NCBI GenBank assembly: GCA_964573455.1
Contig: CAZNJW010000005.1
Span: forward strand, 1-55,332
From: an uncultured Anaeromyxobacteraceae bacterium
GTDB lineage: Bacteria; Myxococcota_A; UBA9042; DTJE01
Length of the DNA: 55,332 nucleotides
Reading direction: 5' to 3'
Both the position numbers and the translations under genes were made by a program. Within the stretch, counting starts at the first letter, position 1; the number at the start of each line of letters is the position of its first letter. Under the pieces are notes generated by a model. The model was not told the DNA's origin. It saw only the letters and a program-made list of their open reading frames with translations, and made no database searches. Shown here piece after piece: positions 8,718 through 18,001 of this stretch.

Positions 8718-10178
8718 ATGTCAAATCCACCAGTTGCGAAGCGAGCTGGTGCCCGCGCGATTGTCATCCTGGCGGTCGCTATTCCGATTGTTTTTATTTC
8801 CGGTTGCTGCGGCAGGCAGACCGATCCCATCGACATGATTCCGTCCGACGCGGATGCATGGCTGGTGACCCGTCCGCCGTTGGAGATGGCGTCTACTCTG
8901 ACCCCCCTTCTGCGGAAGATGCCCGGACTGTCGGGCGTGTTCGAACTGGTCGAATCGACGACAGGCATGAACCTAGCCAATCCGGAGTCGTCGGAATGGA
9001 TCGATCCTGGACGTGGCCTGATGGTGTCGTCCTGGCGCTCTGGATGGTTGATCGTGGCTCCGGTCAGGAAAGCCGGTGTGGCTGGTCGCCGTCTGCCACT
9101 CCAGCTTGCCAGATTCGGCTTTGTTCAGGGACGCGAAGCGGATGGCGTGCGGTACTTTTCCTCGGCCTCGCGGGGGCCGGCCTGCATGCTCGTCAAGTCC
9201 GGGGTTGCGATGCTGTACGCCGGGCCCGACGTGTCCTGCGCCGTCCTGTCAACGCTGGTGAATCCGCCGCAGGAAGGCGGCACGGATCCGCGTCCCGACC
9301 CGGTCGGCTCAGTGCTTTCCGAGCTGGATATGGCCGATGCCGACCTGGTCTTCAACGTGTCCAACAGTCTGTTCGGCAACCAGGTAATGAAAGCGGCAGG
9401 TCTCCCGACGCGCGGCGCCGCGGCCATGATCGCGCGTGGACTGATAGGAGATCTTCGAGGCGCGGCCAGATTGGGCGACGGCATCGTTCTGCGCGTTTCC
9501 GCGGGGGCTGCCGGCGCCGGATTTAGACAGTCTCCAGCGGTGTCACATGCCGGTGCTCCTTTGTCGCTCGAAGTGACTGTCGGGCCGTCGGCCCGCCCGC
9601 TTCTTGACGCGGCGGTTCCGCTGGTTGCGAAAAAGGTCAGGGGCCTTGACGCGCTTTTGTCCCTCTGGTCGGGGACCATGAGGCTGGTGGCGGATTCCTC
9701 TCCGACGTCGGATCATCAGCCCGTTTCCCCGGGGCAGACGTTTGCGGCAAGGCTTCTGACCAGGTTCGACGTCCGGCTTTCGGCAGGTCTGAAGGCTCAG
9801 CCTGGCAAGGCGCTCGAACTGATATCGAAGAGGTTCGGGGTCGTGCCTCCCGCCGAAGGAGCCCCTTCATCGATCGATTTTTCGTACCGTGATTTCGCGG
9901 TTCATGCGGTGACTTCGGACGGACGCCTGGACGCGGTCGTGACCGGCGCCCAGCCCGGAGCATCCGCTTACACCGGCGCGGCACCGGGACTTCCGCTGGC
10001 GACCTCCGGTTCCAGGGTGATTTCCGCGGCGGTTGATCCGGAGTTGTTGCTCAGGACGTCCGGGCTCGCGTCGATCGATTACCTTGTACATCTTGTTGAC
10101 CCGATCCGTCTGTTCCTGGTCGATCTTTACTACGAGGCGGGAAGGGTCGTCGTGGATGCCAGAGTGGAGGTGCGTTGA
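8718..10178 (+). CDS. Hypothetical lipoprotein, first gene of an ABC-transporter operon
   Basis: GAGAGG RBS before ATG 8718; hydrophobic segment ending ISGC; stop overlaps the next start (10175). Confidence 0.7.
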   Translation: MSNPPVAKRAGARAIVILAVAIPIVFISGCCGRQTDPIDMIPSDADAWLVTRPPLEMASTLTPLLRKMPGLSGVFELVESTTGMNLANPESSEWIDPGRGLMVSSWRSGWLIVAPVRKAGVAGRRLPLQLARFGFVQGREADGVRYFSSASRGPACMLVKSGVAMLYAGPDVSCAVLSTLVNPPQEGGTDPRPDPVGSVLSELDMADADLVFNVSNSLFGNQVMKAAGLPTRGAAAMIARGLIGDLRGAARLGDGIVLRVSAGAAGAGFRQSPAVSHAGAPLSLEVTVGPSARPLLDAAVPLVAKKVRGLDALLSLWSGTMRLVADSSPTSDHQPVSPGQTFAARLLTRFDVRLSAGLKAQPGKALELISKRFGVVPPAEGAPSSIDFSYRDFAVHAVTSDGRLDAVVTGAQPGASAYTGAAPGLPLATSGSRVISAAVDPELLLRTSGLASIDYLVHLVDPIRLFLVDLYYEAGRVVVDARVEVR

Positions 10179-10876
10179 CGGTGAATGATCCTTGTTGCGA
10201 ACTTCCGGTTCAAGTGGAAGGTTTGACAAGGGCCTATGCCGATCGAGACGCACCCGGTGGGCGCCGGCTGGCACTTGATTCCCTGTCTCTGACGGTCGCT
10301 CACGGCGAGTTCGTCGCACTGGTCGGAAGATCCGGTTCCGGCAAGACCACTCTTTTGAACGTCACAGGCTGTCTGGATCGCGACTTCTCCGGGACGCTCA
10401 GGCTGTTCGGTCGTGATGCGTCCAGACTTGGCGACCGTCAGCTCTCGGATCTTCGTAATCAGCGTATCGGGTTCGTATTCCAGGCGTTCCACCTGCTTGG
10501 ACACCTGACCGTTTTTCAGAATGTGATGCTCCCCTGGCACTTTTCGGAGAACTCGCGTGCCGATGCCGAGTTCCGGGCAGCCGATGCCCTGAAACAGGTT
10601 GGTCTTCCCGACCGGGCCGATTCGTTTCCATGGCAGCTCTCGGCCGGGGAACGTCAGCGCGTGGCGATTGCCCGCGCGATTCTGAACCGACCCTCGTTGC
10701 TTCTCTGTGACGAGCCAACAGGAAATCTAGATCGCGAGACCGCGGATTCGGTGACCCGGATCTTCGAACAGATCGTCCGGCAGTCGGGCACAACTGTGCT
10801 GGTGGCGACTCACGATGAGACGCTGGCCGCTTCTGCCGACAGGATCGTGCGTCTGATTGACGGGAGGCTGGCATGA
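10175..10876 (+). CDS. ABC transporter ATP-binding protein, LolD/MacB family
   Basis: Walker A GRSGSGKT, IGFVFQAFHLL, LSAGERQRVAIARA, LLCDEPTGNLD, ATHD. Confidence 0.95.
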   Translation: MTVNDPCCELPVQVEGLTRAYADRDAPGGRRLALDSLSLTVAHGEFVALVGRSGSGKTTLLNVTGCLDRDFSGTLRLFGRDASRLGDRQLSDLRNQRIGFVFQAFHLLGHLTVFQNVMLPWHFSENSRADAEFRAADALKQVGLPDRADSFPWQLSAGERQRVAIARAILNRPSLLLCDEPTGNLDRETADSVTRIFEQIVRQSGTTVLVATHDETLAASADRIVRLIDGRLA

Positions 10877-12648
10877 AGGCGCTCGCCAGGCTCTCGCTCA
10901 ACTATATTCGTCGCAGCCGACGCCACATGGCGTTCGCCGCGGTTGGCCTTACTGCCGGGGTGGCCACGCTCGCCTTCTTCCTGGCGCTTTCGGCCGGGGT
11001 CCGTCAGAAAGTGCTTAACCGGCTCTATCCGGTCAATCAGGTGGAGTTCCAGGTTGAGCGTGTCAGTCTCTTCGGCCTTGGACTGGAAGTCCCTGCTTCT
11101 CTGGAACCACCCGTGATCTCTGCGATATCACACCTGCAGGGTGTCAGATCCGTTCATCCGAAGCAGCGTTCCGGGTTCCAGGCAAGGTTGTGGGGCGGAC
11201 GCGATGTTTTCGGATCCACTTTGCGGGTTGAGGCGTTTTTCGACGGGCTCGACCCGGTGTTGATCCGCGATGAACTGCGTCAGTCAGAGGAGGGCGCGCT
11301 CGGTAAGGAAGATACGGGAGTGGCGTGCCTCACGGACGCGGACTGCGGTCCCGGATCGTTCTGCGGTTCGCGTCGGTGTGTGCGCAGGTCGTGGTGGAAC
11401 CGTTTCGATTCGGTCGATTCGGTCTACCGATGTCGATCCGATCTGGCCTGCGTCCAGGGCGAGGCCTGCCTGAACGGCGAGTGCGTAATTCCATGCGATT
11501 CCAGTCCAGGCGGGGTGTCGTGCCCATCTGGAATGGGATGCCGGGCAGGGGCGTGCCGGCGTCTGTGCGAGGATACCGGCATCGAATGCCGCGACGGCGA
11601 GCTGTGCGCGGTTGACGGAATGTGCGCCAGACTTTCTTGTTCGCTGCCCGGAGCCGAGGTCCAGATGTCGGATGGCGGTGACCAGATGGCTGGCACCGTG
11701 ACCGGCCTGCCCGGAGCGGCAGCGAATCGACCGCTCCCCGAGGTCTGCCCTGGCGATTCCTATTGCGCCGTGCCCGGGGTTTCGTCCTCGTCCGGATACT
11801 GTGAACCTCCGATACCGGTTCTTCTTTCACCGTTCATTCTCGATATCTACAACGACGCGGCCGCCCCGGCCCTGGGCATGCAGCGTCTCGCCGGGCCCGA
11901 ACTCGCCCTCGGCCTGAAGTTCTCGATGATGTTCGGTGAATCGTATTTCGCTGCTGACCTGCCGTCTTCGATGAGAGTCGTCAGGCGGTGCAGAATCGTC
12001 GGTTTTTCGCCCAAAGCGCTTGACCTTGGTGTCACGATGCCTCTAATCGACGCGATGCATGCCAACGCCGCGATGCTCGGCAGGGAAAAAACCTCAAGCT
12101 ACTCCAGTGTCGTGGTTGAGGCCACCTCCAACGAGGACGTGCCCCGGATCATTCAGGACATGAAGTCGCTCGGTCTGGTTCTGTCGCCCAGAAGCGAGTC
12201 AGGTCGCAAGGCCGCCAACGTCCTGATGGTGCTGACCCTGGTTTTTGGCGGTGTCAGTCTGATCGTGCTGCTCGTTTCCGGGATCAATATCGCCCACACC
12301 TTCGGCATGCTCGTTTCCGAGAGGCGACGCGAGATCGCGATTTATCGCGCGGTGGGAGCGACGCTGCTGGACATCAGGCTGATTGTGGCGGGTGAGGCGG
12401 TATTTCTTGGATTCGCCGGAGGCATATCCGGGGTTTTTCTGGGGTGGCTTGCATCGCGCATGGTCAATCTCCTGGCCGCGCCGGTTTTTTCTCGAATACC
12501 GGGCAGCCCCGGCGATCTCTTCAGTTTCAGTCCCGCGATTCTGTGTGTCTGCATGGGCATTTCAATCCTGTTCGCCGTTTTTGGCGCATGGGGACCGGCC
12601 CGTTCCGCTTCCCGCACGGATCCGACGGTGGTTCTTTCCCAGGAGTGA
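10873..12648 (+). CDS. ABC transporter permease, MacB/FtsX/LolE family, with Cys-rich periplasmic insertion
   Basis: N-terminal TM helix; C-terminal FtsX-type core VSGINIAHTFGMLVSERRREIAIYRAVGA ... GPARSASRTDP; ATGA overlap with the ATPase. Confidence 0.9.
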   Translation: MKALARLSLNYIRRSRRHMAFAAVGLTAGVATLAFFLALSAGVRQKVLNRLYPVNQVEFQVERVSLFGLGLEVPASLEPPVISAISHLQGVRSVHPKQRSGFQARLWGGRDVFGSTLRVEAFFDGLDPVLIRDELRQSEEGALGKEDTGVACLTDADCGPGSFCGSRRCVRRSWWNRFDSVDSVYRCRSDLACVQGEACLNGECVIPCDSSPGGVSCPSGMGCRAGACRRLCEDTGIECRDGELCAVDGMCARLSCSLPGAEVQMSDGGDQMAGTVTGLPGAAANRPLPEVCPGDSYCAVPGVSSSSGYCEPPIPVLLSPFILDIYNDAAAPALGMQRLAGPELALGLKFSMMFGESYFAADLPSSMRVVRRCRIVGFSPKALDLGVTMPLIDAMHANAAMLGREKTSSYSSVVVEATSNEDVPRIIQDMKSLGLVLSPRSESGRKAANVLMVLTLVFGGVSLIVLLVSGINIAHTFGMLVSERRREIAIYRAVGATLLDIRLIVAGEAVFLGFAGGISGVFLGWLASRMVNLLAAPVFSRIPGSPGDLFSFSPAILCVCMGISILFAVFGAWGPARSASRTDPTVVLSQE

Positions 12649-12715
12649 CATCGTCGCCAGTCCGTTCCCGACGGCGCCCTGAAACACGCGTGGACAAGCC
12701 GCCGATAAAGCGCTC

Positions 12716-15235
12716 ATGCGCGATGAGTTCAGAGTCAGACCAGTCTTCATCGTATTCGTCCTCTTCCTTGGCGGAGTGATCGCGGGGAACCAGGGAAAGG
12801 CCGCCGGCATCCTTCTTATTTCCATACTGGTGATGCTCCTGTCCCTGATCATCCACATGATTCTGGCGCCCGGTCCGTTCTTATTCCGCAGGAATTCACA
12901 CTTTTCCTGTTTATTTCCATTTATCACCATTGCGTTCGTTTTCACCGCCGGAGTGATCAGGGTGGCGCTTCCCCCGGAACCGGACTGGGCCTTCAAAGGC
13001 ATGAACGGCGCCGGGATAGGTGCGGTCGTCCATGTCGATCAGATGATACGGCGAGACGAGTTCGAGACGAGCGCGCTGGTTTCGGTCGCAGGCATTGCGG
13101 GAAGTCGGGTCGAGGGGACGGTCACCCGTTTGAGATGTTTCGCCCGGGATGGCGGCCGCGGGCAATGCGCGGGAATCGTCGTTGGAAGAACACTGGCCGT
13201 GCGGGGAAAGGTTCTGACACATCAGCGCGGCGCGACGTCGGTCATCGCCGATCAGGGCGGACTGATACCTGTCGAGCGTGCAGGCGAACCGTTTCGTCTG
13301 GCTGGCCGGGTGGATCGTCTGAGGGCCGCCCTCTACGAATCGGTCTCGGGTAATCTCACGGGACACGCCGCGTGGCTTGTCCCTGCCATCGTGCTGGGCG
13401 AGGGAAGAGGGGTGCCTTTCGTGGAAAGGGCCGCCCTGTCTGCCCTTGGCACCTCGCACGTCCTGTCGGTATCGGGTCTTCACGTGGTCGCCGCATCTGC
13501 CGCCTGCGGTGTCGCCGTTGCCGTGATTGCCGGCATTCTGGCCGCCTGCTTCCGACAGAGGACGAACATCGCGGCAATAGCCGGTCTGGCATCGGTCGCC
13601 GCGGCCTGGGGCGTGTGCCTTATGGCGGCATCTCCTCCGCCCGCCGTGCGCGCGGCCGGGATGGCGACCATGTTCTGGTTGACGGTCCTCATGCGGCGAC
13701 GTGTCTCTCCAGTGTCGGTTGTATCCCTCACAGGGATCGTGGAATTGCTCGTGTCGCCTCTCGACGCGCTCTCCATTTCGTTTCAACTGTCCTATGCAGC
13801 CGTTTTCGGGATTCTCGCCGTAACCGGACGCGTCAGGGAACATGTACGCGAGCGGGAGTCCGGTCAGGCGAATCGCGGCCGCTTCCGCCTCATTCTTCTT
13901 CGTCTGTGGCGTCCTGTCAGGACAAGTCTGGCGGTTTCCGTGGGTGCCTCCCTGGCAACAACGCCTCTCACCGTTGCTTACTTCAATTCAGCGCCGCTGG
14001 CCGGACCGCTGGCAAATCTCGTCTTCGTTCCCCTTTTCTCGTTCTTCGCTTTTCCAGGCGCGATCCTTGTTCTGCTTTTTTCGCGGATCACGATGTCCGA
14101 ATCGCCGTCCGCCCTGTTCAACGTTTTGACAAACCTGTACTGCAGCGGCGTGGACATCCTGATTGACGTCGAGGTCCTGATCGCCAGAAATCTGCCGACG
14201 TGGATGGTTCATCAGTTCTCGCCTGTGGACAACTTGATTGCCGGAGTGGCAGCAGGCCTCCTGGTAGCGTTCATTCCTGGCAGCAGTCGCCTGCGCATCG
14301 GTTCGGCGGTCATCGTCGGAGCGTTCGTGATGGTCGCGGTCGGTTGGAATGCGCGGCCCGAACCGGGAGTCACGTTCCTGGACGTGGGCAAGGGTGACGC
14401 CGCGGTGGTCCGCTGCCCTTCGGGTGAAACCTGGTTGGTGGATACCGGCCCGCCGCCTGCGTCAAGGAATTTGCTTCTTGACGCGCTTGCACGCGCGGGA
14501 GTTTACGATATCGACGGAGTGATTCTGACCCATGCACACGACGACCACTTCGGTGGTCTGGCCACGCTGGCACGGTTCTCGGGTCCTTTCGAACTGGCCC
14601 TGTCCGAACGAACGTTGAGCGGCGTCGGGAACCTCGCGAAACTGGTCAGGAGCGTGGGGGGGGCGACTCGCGTGTTGCGGGAGGGGGACAAGGTCATCCC
14701 CGAATGCGGCGTGGACTCGCTCGTTCTTCTGGCTCCGCCGGCTCGACAGGTTGGGCCAGCCGGGGAGCTGGGCGAAAACGACTCCTCGCTCGTCTTCAGG
14801 CTGGGGCCGCCCGGAATGGATGTTCTGTTCACGGGCGACCTGGAGTTCGCGGGTGAAGAAGTTCTACTGGACCGAGGTCTTGATCCAACTGCCCGAATTC
14901 TGAAGGTTGGACACCATGGAAGCCGTGGATCGACCTCGCTCGAATTCCTCGCGGCGGTCAGGCCCCGCTATTCCGTGATAATAGGCTGGCCGACCGGACC
15001 AAGGGTCGGGCCATCCGATCAGCTTCTTGAGCGATTTATTCAATCAAAATCGATGGTTGTCGCGACATCGCTGGTTGGCGACGTGACTGTCGAGATTGGA
15101 AAAAATCGATCAGAAAAAAAGCCACTATCTCCAGTATTCAAGGCCCGAACGCGCATCCCGCAAGACTTTTCCGGCGTTAATAGTCTATTCAAAGACACTA
15201 ACAAAATGGTTAAAAAACCCTCTGGTGCCCGATAG
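12716..15235 (+). CDS. comEC: DNA internalization-related competence protein ComEC/Rec2
   Basis: Multi-TM N-terminus, Competence domain SHVLSVSGLHV, metallo-beta-lactamase domain FLDVGKGDA, THAHDDHFGG, KVGHHGS. Confidence 0.93.
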   Translation: MRDEFRVRPVFIVFVLFLGGVIAGNQGKAAGILLISILVMLLSLIIHMILAPGPFLFRRNSHFSCLFPFITIAFVFTAGVIRVALPPEPDWAFKGMNGAGIGAVVHVDQMIRRDEFETSALVSVAGIAGSRVEGTVTRLRCFARDGGRGQCAGIVVGRTLAVRGKVLTHQRGATSVIADQGGLIPVERAGEPFRLAGRVDRLRAALYESVSGNLTGHAAWLVPAIVLGEGRGVPFVERAALSALGTSHVLSVSGLHVVAASAACGVAVAVIAGILAACFRQRTNIAAIAGLASVAAAWGVCLMAASPPPAVRAAGMATMFWLTVLMRRRVSPVSVVSLTGIVELLVSPLDALSISFQLSYAAVFGILAVTGRVREHVRERESGQANRGRFRLILLRLWRPVRTSLAVSVGASLATTPLTVAYFNSAPLAGPLANLVFVPLFSFFAFPGAILVLLFSRITMSESPSALFNVLTNLYCSGVDILIDVEVLIARNLPTWMVHQFSPVDNLIAGVAAGLLVAFIPGSSRLRIGSAVIVGAFVMVAVGWNARPEPGVTFLDVGKGDAAVVRCPSGETWLVDTGPPPASRNLLLDALARAGVYDIDGVILTHAHDDHFGGLATLARFSGPFELALSERTLSGVGNLAKLVRSVGGATRVLREGDKVIPECGVDSLVLLAPPARQVGPAGELGENDSSLVFRLGPPGMDVLFTGDLEFAGEEVLLDRGLDPTARILKVGHHGSRGSTSLEFLAAVRPRYSVIIGWPTGPRVGPSDQLLERFIQSKSMVVATSLVGDVTVEIGKNRSEKKPLSPVFKARTRIPQDFSGVNSLFKDTNKMVKKPSGAR

Positions 15236-15430
15236 AACTGGACTTGCGCGTTTCCATCCAGATCCAGTCCGAAGGTGTTGAGAGGCTCCTTTCCCTGCTT
15301 TTTGCAGTTTTCTTGACGGTTGCGATGTTCGGGGTTATGCTCGGGTCGTATCGTGCAAGATATCGTAATAACGATACAATTCGGTCAACTTCCGTTTCTT
15401 TGGTTCTGACCCCTTTTCAACCCGATAGTT

Positions 15431-15494
15431 TTGGAGGATATTGGCCCTTGATTGGACTCCTAGTGGTTCGACTGGCCTTTGGCGGGACGGTGGA
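15431..15494 (+). promoter_or_regulatory. Possible MraZ-binding direct repeats
   Basis: TGG cores at 15432, 15442, 15453, 15464, 15473 (9-11 bp spacing) immediately upstream of mraZ. MraZ is known to bind short GTGG/TGGG-type repeats about 10 bp apart; the match here is degenerate. Confidence 0.3.
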
Positions 15495-15496
15495 GT

Positions 15497-16033
15497 ATGG
15501 CCATCAGAAAAGTCAACGACGACCTCTTCGGCATGTGGGAAGCGACTCTGGACGTCAAAACAGGGCGTTTCCAGGTCCCGAACGAGGTCTACCTTTATTT
15601 GCGCAGCAAGGTCTTTCTGACTCTCGACCCGCTTGACAGGTTCGTTGAGGCGAGATCCGAGACCGGGTTCGCCGAACTGGTCGAACGCATCACCGCTGCA
15701 GAGAGCAGCCTTCCGGTCGAGGTCGTCGCGGCCCTCAGGACGGATTACCTCGGCTACTCGGCTGAAACCGGAATCGACGCGGCGTTGCGTCTGCTCGTTC
15801 CGCGCCGCATGAGGGACACGCTTGACGACGACGATCTGATCCTCATCGGCGCCAAGGACGTCCTTCAGATATGGCCGGCCAAGCGCTACCGCGCCACCCG
15901 TGGCGAACGCATGGCCGCCATTGCCAAGCACTACCCCTCGTACCAGGCGCTCATTCTCGGTGTTCCGATGCAGGCGTCGGTTCCGGTCACTGCGCCTCAG
16001 ACCCCAACGGCTTGTGATGATGGAGAAGTCTGA
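15497..16033 (+). CDS. mraZ: Transcriptional regulator MraZ (divergent)
   Basis: Two AbrB-like repeats (FGxxxxxLDxKxGRxxVP; IDxxxRLLVPxxxR...LIGAKDVLQIW) directly before rsmH. Confidence 0.8.
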   Translation: MAIRKVNDDLFGMWEATLDVKTGRFQVPNEVYLYLRSKVFLTLDPLDRFVEARSETGFAELVERITAAESSLPVEVVAALRTDYLGYSAETGIDAALRLLVPRRMRDTLDDDDLILIGAKDVLQIWPAKRYRATRGERMAAIAKHYPSYQALILGVPMQASVPVTAPQTPTACDDGEV

Positions 16034-16929
16034 TGCCCGACGTGGCCCACATCAGCGTGATGCAGGAGGAGGTCACAAGACTCCTGCTCGGCGCGCGCGC
16101 TGGCTGGATTGTGGACGGTACCGTCGGTCAGGGTGGGCACTCCAGGGCGATCCTGGCCGCGACTCCACTCGAACTTCGAGTCCTTGGTTTTGATCGGGAT
16201 CCTCAGGCAATCGCGGCCTCACGGACACGTCTGGCCGAGTTTGGCGATCGGTTCGTGGCGGTACACGCGGGATACGAGACGATGGCCGAAGTGGTAGCCT
16301 CGATGGGGATTTCCCCGGTTGTCGGAATTCTTCTTGATCTTGGCCTGTCCAGCACTCAGCTCGGTTCGGACAGGGGCTTTTCGTTTTCAGGCGATTCCTC
16401 GCAACCTCTTGACATGAGATTTGATCCCGGAGACGGCGTGACCGCGGCCGACGTGATCATGGCTCTGCCGATCAAAACCCTCGCCGATCGTTTCCGCGAG
16501 CTTGCGGACGTGCCGATGGCCGGTCGCCTTGCCCGAATCCTGAAGGAAGAGGCCGGAAAGGGGCGCATGGGTACTGTCGGCGAGTTCGTCGACGTCTGTC
16601 ACCGCATCTACGGGCCGCGTATCAGGCGTCTCCCCAGTCCGACGCTTCCCGCGCAGGCGCTGCGCATGATGGTCAACTGCGAACTCGAACGCCTTTCCAC
16701 GTTCTTCGACACGGTCGATGGGATCATGGCTCCCGGCGGAACCCTGGTCGCCATCTCCTTCCATAGTGGCGAGGACCGGATCGTCAAACACTCGATGCGG
16801 CGCATGGCAAAGGAAGGGTGGGCGCTTCCGTTCGTAAAGCCCTTGCTTCCCAGCCCGGCGGAATGCGAGACAAACACTCGTTCAAAGTGCGCCCGTCTCA
16901 GGGCGGCCGTGAGGTGCGAGTCGATATGA
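16033..16929 (+). CDS. rsmH: 16S rRNA (cytosine1402-N4)-methyltransferase RsmH
   Basis: HISVM, DGTVGQGGHS, DLGLSSxQL, RGFSF..PLDMRFD, ISFHSGEDRIVK, NTRSKCARLR. Confidence 0.95.
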   Translation: MPDVAHISVMQEEVTRLLLGARAGWIVDGTVGQGGHSRAILAATPLELRVLGFDRDPQAIAASRTRLAEFGDRFVAVHAGYETMAEVVASMGISPVVGILLDLGLSSTQLGSDRGFSFSGDSSQPLDMRFDPGDGVTAADVIMALPIKTLADRFRELADVPMAGRLARILKEEAGKGRMGTVGEFVDVCHRIYGPRIRRLPSPTLPAQALRMMVNCELERLSTFFDTVDGIMAPGGTLVAISFHSGEDRIVKHSMRRMAKEGWALPFVKPLLPSPAECETNTRSKCARLRAAVRCESI

Positions 16930-17228
16930 GCATGCGTCGCCTCGGCAGTTTGAACTGGCCTTTCGTTTTTCTTGCGATTGTGATCGCCGGCGTTTTTCTG
17001 GTCGCCGGATTCAAGATGGTTCACGACTCCCGGATGCTCGTGGCGCAGCGCAACGAGGTGTTCAGGGAAGTTCGCACGCAGAAGCAGCTCGAGGACGAGC
17101 GCAAGCGGCTGCTCAACAGACTTGCTCCTTTGATGGCGGCCACCAGGCTGAAGCTTGAGAGCCTTGAGCTGGGACTCACGGTGCCTGACGAAAGGCACGT
17201 AATCGTGATTGAACCGGAGGCGAAGTGA
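16926..17228 (+). CDS. ftsL: Cell division protein FtsL (putative)
   Basis: About 100 aa, short basic N-terminus, one TM helix, coiled-coil, LGLTVPD-type tail; ATGA overlap with rsmH in the canonical ftsL position. Confidence 0.7.
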   Translation: MSMRRLGSLNWPFVFLAIVIAGVFLVAGFKMVHDSRMLVAQRNEVFREVRTQKQLEDERKRLLNRLAPLMAATRLKLESLELGLTVPDERHVIVIEPEAK

Positions 17229-17992
17229 TGGGACGAACTATCCGATTCGCATTGCTCGTTGTTGTCAGTCTTGCCTTCTGCGCATGTGGCAGGACGATTT
17301 CGCCCGACGATCAGCTCGCAAGCGAGTATCACTACAAACTGGCGCGCAACTACTACAACGATCACAACATAGCCATGACGCAGCGCGAGCTGCATGAATC
17401 GCTCAAGCTCGATCCGTCGAACGCCGAGGCACGCCACCTGAAGGGCTTTCTGATGATGGGGCTTCGTGACTGGGAGGGCGCTGCCAACGAATTCAGGCTC
17501 GCCCTTCAGTTTCAGCCGGATTTGCGCGAGGCGCGGAACAACCTGGGAGTCGTCCTGATTGAACAGGGAAATTATGAAGAGGCGATCGAGACGATCGAGC
17601 CCCTGATCTCCGATCCGCTTTACGGCACGCAGTACATAGCACAAGGCAACCTGGGTCTTGCATACATGAAACTGGGCGATCTCGAGAATGCCCGCAAGCA
17701 CCTCGAGATGGCGGTGTTCCTTCTGCCGTCATTCGTTCTCGGCAACAACAATCTCGGAATTGTCTACATGAAGATGAATCGCACGCGCGATGCGTTGGAT
17801 GCTTTTGAGCGCGCGCTCAAACACGCTCCCAAGAACTACGCCGAGCCGATGTACTGGATCGGAGTCATCTATCAGAAAGCGGGGCGTCTTGAGGAGGCCG
17901 TTGCCTCATTCACCAGGTGCGCCGAGATCCTGGGAGATACACCGCTTGGTAAGCGTTGCGCGGCGCGCGTGGCTGGTGATCTGCTGGAGTAG
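17225..17992 (+). CDS. TPR lipoprotein, PilW/PilF/Tgl (type IV pilus pilotin)-like
   Basis: Lipobox FCAC; successive TPRs (EARNNLGVVL..QGNYEEAI, NLGLAYMKLGD, NNLGIVY); LISDPLYGTQYIAQGNLG resembles the PilF/Tgl pattern. Confidence 0.75.
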   Translation: MMGRTIRFALLVVVSLAFCACGRTISPDDQLASEYHYKLARNYYNDHNIAMTQRELHESLKLDPSNAEARHLKGFLMMGLRDWEGAANEFRLALQFQPDLREARNNLGVVLIEQGNYEEAIETIEPLISDPLYGTQYIAQGNLGLAYMKLGDLENARKHLEMAVFLLPSFVLGNNNLGIVYMKMNRTRDALDAFERALKHAPKNYAEPMYWIGVIYQKAGRLEEAVASFTRCAEILGDTPLGKRCAARVAGDLLE

Positions 17993-18001
17993 GAGAGCTC
18001 G

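Noticed and set aside
15244-15636. 130-aa ORF with a hydrophobic stretch between comEC and mraZ
   Set aside because: Overlaps mraZ out of frame, has no RBS or family motif, and spans the likely promoter region.
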